NCBI GenBank assembly: GCA_013415865.1
Contig: CP058896.1
Location: 700,921-764,920 of the forward strand
Source: Methanomassiliicoccales archaeon
GTDB lineage: Archaea; Thermoplasmatota; Thermoplasmata; Methanomassiliicoccales; UBA472
Length of the DNA: 64,000 nt
Direction: 5' to 3'
Part shown: positions 58,034-64,000 of the stretch, in pieces
Layout: each line of letters opens with the position of its first letter
How positions within the stretch are numbered: the stretch's first letter is position 1
The notes under the pieces: model-generated
What the model was told of the DNA's origin: nothing
What the model saw: only the letters and a program-made list of their open reading frames with translations
Database searches by the model: none
Made by a program: the position numbers and the translations under genes

Positions 58034-58585
58034 TCAGAGGATGTCCCTTTCGAGCTCCCTTCTCATCTTGCCGACATCTAGGATCTGCGATCTCTTGAGA
58101 AGCGCCATCCCCGCCCAGTCCCCAAGGATCTCTACGACGATGATGAGGTCCGGGTCATGAAGATCGACCTTCCCGGAATTGATCGGCGCGGTCAATCTTT
58201 CTATCAGGTCGGCAGAGTGTTCTCCAACGTGCCTCTTATGAAGATGGAGCATCCACCTGTCGTTCTTTCCAATCAGCTTGCCCCATTCCGCGGTCACCTT
58301 GGCCATCTCATCGATATATGCAGGCACCCAGGTCGTGATGGGGACCCAATGGTGTGTATGGATGAACTTCTCTGGATAATCCTTGCACATCGACCTCAGA
58401 TCGAAGACCACCTTACGAGGGTCCTCGTTGACTCGCACCTCGAAAAGCCCCTCGAAATCGGTCTCCTCGATGCTGACCAGATGTGCCCCGACCTCCTCTA
58501 TGTTCCTCCTTACCTCCTGTTCTGCATGCCCCTTTGCATAGTGGTCGTACGATACCAACATGTTTCCTGACGCCATCCGGCTCAC
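58034..58585 (-). CDS. Stand-alone THUMP-domain protein
   Basis: W...L.KR and GKVDLHDPDLIIVVEILG. Confidence 0.75.
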   Translation of the reverse strand: MSRMASGNMLVSYDHYAKGHAEQEVRRNIEEVGAHLVSIEETDFEGLFEVRVNEDPRKVVFDLRSMCKDYPEKFIHTHHWVPITTWVPAYIDEMAKVTAEWGKLIGKNDRWMLHLHKRHVGEHSADLIERLTAPINSGKVDLHDPDLIIVVEILGDWAGMALLKRSQILDVGKMRRELERDIL

Positions 58586-58659
58586 CTAATTGATATTACT
58601 CCCCCGAGGGTTCTTCATGATTGCGGAAGCGAGCGCCCGAACTTAGCTGAGGGGATTTG

Positions 58660-60123
58660 TCACAATATGCCCACCAGGACGAACATATAGACCGTTAGGA
58701 CTATCAGGAGCATGACCGGGAGACCGACCGCGAGACCAGACCTTGCCAGGTCGGCCCTTGAGAATGTCCCTGTGGAGAACGCGAGCGTCACTGGCGGAGT
58801 GCCGACCGGAGTCACCAGGGAGATCGATGCGACCATACCTACGACCAAGGCCAGATAGGTAGGTTCGATGTCCAGGGACCTGGAGGTCGATATAGCGATC
58901 GGCACAAGGATCGCGGCCGTCGCGGTGTTCGACAGAATGCTCGTCAAAAGGAACGTTATGAGGGCGAAGATCAACATGGTGATGAGCAATGGACTTCCTC
59001 CCGAAAATGATGAGACCGCATCGCCCATCCATTGGGCGGTACCTGTCTTTTCCAATGCCTCGCCGAGCGCAAGACCGGCCCCGATGATGAGGAAAACATC
59101 CCATGCGATGTTCTTCGCATCTTCCCAACGCACAGCCCCTATGAGGAACATGACCACCGCTGACATCAGCGCGATTATGCCAGAGTTCATGAGGCCGCCA
59201 GGTATGCCCAGGACATCAGCGATGTCCTCTCCGAACATCCATGCCAGTATAGTGAACGAGAAAACCACCAGGATGGCCTTTTCCATATGTCCGACGGGGC
59301 CGAGCTTCTCCCTCATCCTATCGACCTCAGCGATGTCCAGCCTTTTCTTCGGCGGACGAAGGACCTTTGGCAGCAGGAGTAACGCCAAGAGCAAGGACAT
59401 CAACGCGACGGGCACGCCTATGACCGCCCAATCTATGAATGTCCAGCTGATCTCCTTTGCCAAAAGCCCAGAGGTTATTGCGTTCGTCGGAGAGCCCACT
59501 ATCGTCGACAGACTGCCGAATGCGGTCGCCATGCTCACCGATATCAAAAGGAACCCAGCGACCTTCCTGCTATCGTTCCCTGCCTGAGATGCCACCGATG
59601 TCACGACCGGGATGAGGAGGGCGACGGTCGCCGTATTAGATATCCACATGGAAAGGATGGCAGCGGTGGCCATGAGGGCTACGGTCGTTCTCTTGAGGTC
59701 CCCTCCTGCTGCATGGACCAGGTAATAGGCGAGGCGCTTGTCCATCCCGTTGCGTCGGAAGGTCTCGGCGATGATCAATCCGCCGACCAACAGGTACACC
59801 ACGGGGTCGGCGAACGGCGAAAGCGCTTCCTTTGGGGAGAAGATCCCAAAACCGACCAGAAGCACCGGCACGAGAAGGGCTGTCACTGCCAAAGGGACCA
59901 TCCCGAAGGTCCATAACGTCGAAACGCAAACGAGGATGGCAAGGGAGTACCTCATCTCATCATTGAGACCGAGAGGCGCCAGCGATATCGCTGTGAGCAA
60001 CAGGAACGGTATGATGATCGATATCAACATCAACCTTCTCGGCGGTATGCTGTTAAGAAATGAGATGAAGTGACGGACCGGCAGCTTCAGGTCCTCGGCG
60101 GACGGATGGTACACAGGGGCCAT
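58660..60123 (-). CDS. SLC13/DASS family sodium:dicarboxylate/sulfate symporter
   Basis: SMWISNTAT, GSPTNA, SNTATA and PVGTPP; start uncertain. Confidence 0.9.
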   Translation of the reverse strand: MAPVYHPSAEDLKLPVRHFISFLNSIPPRRLMLISIIIPFLLLTAISLAPLGLNDEMRYSLAILVCVSTLWTFGMVPLAVTALLVPVLLVGFGIFSPKEALSPFADPVVYLLVGGLIIAETFRRNGMDKRLAYYLVHAAGGDLKRTTVALMATAAILSMWISNTATVALLIPVVTSVASQAGNDSRKVAGFLLISVSMATAFGSLSTIVGSPTNAITSGLLAKEISWTFIDWAVIGVPVALMSLLLALLLLPKVLRPPKKRLDIAEVDRMREKLGPVGHMEKAILVVFSFTILAWMFGEDIADVLGIPGGLMNSGIIALMSAVVMFLIGAVRWEDAKNIAWDVFLIIGAGLALGEALEKTGTAQWMGDAVSSFSGGSPLLITMLIFALITFLLTSILSNTATAAILVPIAISTSRSLDIEPTYLALVVGMVASISLVTPVGTPPVTLAFSTGTFSRADLARSGLAVGLPVMLLIVLTVYMFVLVGIL

Positions 60124-60301
60124 CTGCGGGGGATTTGCACCTGTCGGTAGATAGAGGTTTTCCTTATGGCGACATATCCGACGAGGTCCCTTACCACCAT
60201 AGGACCGTAGGTCGGGCCGCTGATATCGCAAGAGATGGTCTCAATGGTGACTTGGAAAGGGTTTTTAAGGCCACCGGCCCTCACCACCCAGGAGTGGTCC
60301 G

Positions 60302-61273
60302 ATGGGCGAAGGTCCGAAGAGGGTATTGGTCACTGGCGCCACTGGTCAGATCGGTTCAGAGCTTGTCCCAGAACTTAGGAAAAGATATGGAGGCCAGAAT
60401 GTCATAGCCGCAGGTCACCGCAGGAGGCCGAGCGAGGAGATGCTGAGGTCAGGCCCCTACATCGAGCTTGACCTGACGGACCGGGCCGCGGTGATGGAGG
60501 CGGTGAAGGGCCACGACATCGAGGTCGTATATCACCTTGCTGCGATCCTTTCAGGTATTGGGGAGAAGGACCCCATGTACGCCTGGAATGTGAACATGAG
60601 CTCCCTCGTCAACATGTTGGAGGCGTGCAGGACCTGCAGGTGCGAGAAGATGTTCTGGCCTTCCTCGATCGCGGTCTTTGGGCCGAGCTCCCCGCGCCTG
60701 AACACGCCACAGGACGCTGTCCTCCTTCCGACGTCCATGTATGGGGTCACAAAGGTATCGGGGGAGCTCCTCTGCAACTATTATCACTCGAAGTTCGGTC
60801 TGGATGTCCGTTCGGTAAGATTCCCCGGGATCATAAGCTCAGAGACCCTTCCAGGTGGGGGCACCACAGACTACGCTGTTGAGATATTCCATCATGCCAT
60901 CAGGAATGGGAGGTACAAATGCTTCGTGAGGAAGGACACCGTTCTTCCCATGCTTTACATGCCAGATTGCATCAAGTGCACATTAGGGATAATGGAAGCC
61001 CCTGCAGAAAAGGTCCGCAGACATGACGGCTACAACGTCACTGGAATGAGCTTCTCGGTCGAGGAGCTTGTGGAAGAGATAAGAAAACACATACCTGATC
61101 TCGAGGTGACCTATGAGCCGGACCATCGTCAGACCATAGCGGACAGCTGGCCGATGTCGCTGGACGATTCGGCCGCGAGAAGGGACTGGGGATGGTCCCC
61201 TGATTATGACCTTTCTCGGATGACAAGGGACATGATAGAGAGATTGACCTTTGGATTGAGGAGAAAGGGTTAA
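60302..61273 (+). CDS. tdh: L-threonine 3-dehydrogenase (SDR type)
   Basis: TGATGQIG, HLAAILS, PSSIAVFG, YGVTK, GGGTTDYA and IADSWP; adjacent to kbl. Confidence 0.9.
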   Translation: MGEGPKRVLVTGATGQIGSELVPELRKRYGGQNVIAAGHRRRPSEEMLRSGPYIELDLTDRAAVMEAVKGHDIEVVYHLAAILSGIGEKDPMYAWNVNMSSLVNMLEACRTCRCEKMFWPSSIAVFGPSSPRLNTPQDAVLLPTSMYGVTKVSGELLCNYYHSKFGLDVRSVRFPGIISSETLPGGGTTDYAVEIFHHAIRNGRYKCFVRKDTVLPMLYMPDCIKCTLGIMEAPAEKVRRHDGYNVTGMSFSVEELVEEIRKHIPDLEVTYEPDHRQTIADSWPMSLDDSAARRDWGWSPDYDLSRMTRDMIERLTFGLRRKG

Positions 61274-61311
61274 GACGGCCCTTCCGCCATCATTCTCATG
61301 GCCGTGATGAG

Positions 61312-62505
61312 ATGAGGGACCCCACATCATTCTTGAGGCAGGAGTACGAAGAGCTCGTGAGGAACGACCTGGACTGGAAACTGCGCGAGCTGCAAGGACC
61401 TAGCACGCCCTGGTGCATGGTGGATGGCAAAAGGATGCTGATGTTCTGCTCTAACAACTACCTCTCGTTGAGCAACCACCCAAGGGTAAAGGAGGCGGCG
61501 ATAGAGGCCATAAGGACCCATGGGGCCGGCTCGGGGTCCGTGCGACCTATCGCAGGGACCATGGACCTCCATCTGGAGCTCGAGAGGAGGCTGGCGAAGT
61601 TCAAGGGGGCGGAGGCCTCGTTGGTGTATCAGACTGGGTTCGCGGCGAACGCAGGCCTCATACCTCAGCTGGTGGGAAAGGGGGACCTTATAATAAGCGA
61701 CGAGCTGAACCATGGCAGCATAATCGATGGGGTCAGACTGTCATCGGCCGAGAGGGCGATCTTCAAGCATGCTGACGTTGCTGACCTGAAGATGAAGTTA
61801 GAAGAAGCAGAGAAAAAGAGCGCTCCACCAAGGCGCATCCTTATCATAACCGATGGGGTCTTCTCGATGGACGGGGACATCGCCCCTTTGCCAGAGATCG
61901 CAAGGGCAGCGAGAGAGCATGGGGCGATGCTCTATGTTGACGATGCGCATGGGGAGGGCGTGCTCGGAGAGGGCGGACGCGGCATAGTCTCCCATTTTAA
62001 AATGCCCCGGGACCTGGTCCATGTTGAGATGGGGACGTTCTCCAAGGCCTTCGGGGTCGTAGGAGGTCATATCTCAGGGTCAAGGGACCTCATCAACTTC
62101 GCCTTGAACAGGTCGAGGACCTGGCTACTGAGCGGTTCGCATCCTCCCGCAGTGGTGGCCGCATGCATCGCCGCCATCGATGTGCTGGAGAAAGAGCCAG
62201 AACATGTCATGAGGCTCTGGGAGAACACCCGATATTTCAAGAATGCCATGACCTCTTTGGGCTTCGACATCGGAAAGAGCGAGACACCGATCACACCGAT
62301 AATGGTCGGCGAGAGCTCGCTGGCCAAAAGGATGAGCGAAGGCCTGATGCGGGAAGGGGTCTTCGCATTGCCTATAATATTCCCTATGGTCGCCAGGGAC
62401 AAGGCGAGGATAAGGACCATCATGAACGCTGCGCTGGAGCGGAAGGATGTTGATTTTGCCATCGCGGCATTTGAAAAGGTAGGAAGGGAGCTCAAGATCC
62501 TCTGA
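61312..62505 (+). CDS. kbl: Glycine C-acetyltransferase (2-amino-3-ketobutyrate CoA ligase)
   Basis: CSNNYL, DELNHGSIIDG, DGVFSMDG, DDAHG and TFSKA. Confidence 0.88.
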   Translation: MRDPTSFLRQEYEELVRNDLDWKLRELQGPSTPWCMVDGKRMLMFCSNNYLSLSNHPRVKEAAIEAIRTHGAGSGSVRPIAGTMDLHLELERRLAKFKGAEASLVYQTGFAANAGLIPQLVGKGDLIISDELNHGSIIDGVRLSSAERAIFKHADVADLKMKLEEAEKKSAPPRRILIITDGVFSMDGDIAPLPEIARAAREHGAMLYVDDAHGEGVLGEGGRGIVSHFKMPRDLVHVEMGTFSKAFGVVGGHISGSRDLINFALNRSRTWLLSGSHPPAVVAACIAAIDVLEKEPEHVMRLWENTRYFKNAMTSLGFDIGKSETPITPIMVGESSLAKRMSEGLMREGVFALPIIFPMVARDKARIRTIMNAALERKDVDFAIAAFEKVGRELKIL

Positions 62506-62728
62506 TCTCGTGACCTTATTTAGGGTGGGGGAATATCGTTAAAATTTTTATAGAATAAATTAATATATATTTATTGAATAAATTAAAATAATTTATTATA
62601 GCATTATTCTTTACAATTGACAATAACAACGATAGATAAATCAATTAACACCTAAAAATAGTTAGATTATTAATACCTGTTAAGGAAATGGAATTTGGGG
62701 TTTTTCACCCCTAAAGGAGGAGAAAGAT

Positions 62729-62971
62729 ATGGTTGAAGTGACCACGACCTTCGATGTTCCGGACGAGATAATCCCGGAATTGAAGAAGAAGTATGCATCG
62801 GAGAAGGACAACGACCTGCGCGTTACGAGGGCCAACCCTTCGAACCCGCCATACTATGCGTTCGGCGACCCCCGGGCAAAGCCTGAGCCTTTCAAGTTCG
62901 AGGGCAAGGAATATTGGGTCTACAAGGTCTCAAAGGGCCGGAAGATGAACTGGGTCTACGATCACGAATGA
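62729..62971 (+). CDS. Small hypothetical protein (80 aa)
   Basis: Strong AAGGAGG SD, AT-rich promoter and downstream hairpin terminator. Confidence 0.7.
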   Translation: MVEVTTTFDVPDEIIPELKKKYASEKDNDLRVTRANPSNPPYYAFGDPRAKPEPFKFEGKEYWVYKVSKGRKMNWVYDHE

Positions 62972-62986
62972 GCGTGTCCTTCGAAA

Positions 62987-63014
62987 AGGGGCCTGTCGCC
63001 CCTGATATTTTTTT
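62987..63014 (+). terminator. Hairpin plus T-tract terminator
   Basis: AGGGGC-ctgtc-GCCCCT followed by GATATTTTTTT. Confidence 0.6.
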
Positions 63015-63098
63015 ATCATGATCGGTAGCGACCTTTTAACCTCTCTCCGATCGATTTAAAATAATCTGTGCTCAAATGATTAGAAAGAGGTAGGGCAG

Positions 63099-63818
63099 AT
63101 GAACACTGAGGAAATGAGGCCGAGCAAGAAAGGGAAGGTCGTCATCAGTAAGAACGGCCCATATCTGGTCTCAGGAGGACTGCCTCTCTCCAAGCAGATC
63201 ATCTTGGTCGGTCGTGACAATGAGCCAGAGTCTTGGATGGAAGGCGATAGGTACCCTGCCCAAGAGGAATATTCGCTCTGCAGGTGCGGAGGCTCAAAGG
63301 AGAAGCCTTTCTGCGATGGTTCCCATATAAAGAAAAGGTTCTATGGTAAGGAGACGGCATCCGCGTTGCCGTATCTTGATGTTGCGATAAGAGTGACGGG
63401 CGAAGACCTGGTCCTGACGGACGCGGAGGATCTGTGTGCAGGAGCCCGGTTCTGTCATAAAGGCCGGGGCACATGGGAGATCGTTGAGAGCTCCGAGGAT
63501 GATGAGGAAAAAGGGATCGCGATCGATTCTGCGATGAAATGCCCTTCAGGCCGGCTGGTGATATGGGATAAAAGGAGCAATGAGCCGCTAGAGCCTGATT
63601 ACGAACCCTCTATCGGGATCATCGAGGACCCGCAGGAGGAGGTGAGCGGACCCATCTGGGTCCGAGGAAGGGTCAGGATATTCTCAGAGGAGGGGCGCCG
63701 TTACGAGGTGAGGAACAGGGTGACCCTTTGCAGATGTGGTGCATCCAGGAACAAGCCCTTCTGCGATGGTGGGCACAGAAGGATACGGTTCAATGACGGG
63801 GACAGGTCTTTGGGATGA
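63099..63818 (+). CDS. CDGSH iron-sulfur domain protein (two CDGSH domains)
   Basis: LCRCGGS..KPFCDGSH and LCRCGAS.NKPFCDGGH flank a central divergent ferredoxin-like segment. Confidence 0.9.
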   Translation: MNTEEMRPSKKGKVVISKNGPYLVSGGLPLSKQIILVGRDNEPESWMEGDRYPAQEEYSLCRCGGSKEKPFCDGSHIKKRFYGKETASALPYLDVAIRVTGEDLVLTDAEDLCAGARFCHKGRGTWEIVESSEDDEEKGIAIDSAMKCPSGRLVIWDKRSNEPLEPDYEPSIGIIEDPQEEVSGPIWVRGRVRIFSEEGRRYEVRNRVTLCRCGASRNKPFCDGGHRRIRFNDGDRSLG

Positions 63819-64000
63819 CCGTCGGTCGCTAGATGGACTGGCAGATTGAGCTTTTTTGACCTTCAGGTCCTCTTTGGATATATTTGGCCTATCGGGCCCA
63901 GCTACCAATGCTATAATAAATGCAGACGCCACGAATTATGTGAGGGTCGATCTCGGTTGCCTCATATCTTTCACGCAAGAAGGTGTGGCCGTCAGATATA

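Noticed and set aside
1-64000. CRISPR arrays, tRNA/rRNA genes, transposases or integrases
   Set aside because: No regularly spaced repeats, cloverleaf or rRNA signatures, or recombinase motifs seen by eye; tRNAscan and Infernal were not run.

Overview
Archaeal chromosomal window, most likely from a Methanomassiliicoccales-like methanogen. Evidence: an 11-subunit 'headless' Fpo operon with split J and extended I, a methanogenesis marker 11-like gene, Csl4, Nob1 and a geranylgeranyl reductase. The first ~24 kb holds a nearly complete bacterial-type, tetrahydrofolate-dependent methyl branch: Fhs, FolD, MetVF with two HdrA-like genes and MvhD, an AcsE-like methyltransferase, a RACo/ASKHA corrinoid activator, a truncated AcsC/HgcA-like corrinoid protein, a DUF3786-like protein and folate-dependent PurH. 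An arsenic-resistance island with repeated TTCAA-N6-TTGAA palindromes and AT-rich spacers interrupts this region. Next come isoprenoid genes around a B12-radical SAM gene, the fpo operon, RNA-processing genes, a split glutamate synthase, a CobW-GTPase pair around a Cys-rich regulator, tdh-kbl and small Fe-S/regulatory genes. I found no CRISPR array, rRNA, tRNA or transposase by eye. All family calls come from motif recognition, not database searches.
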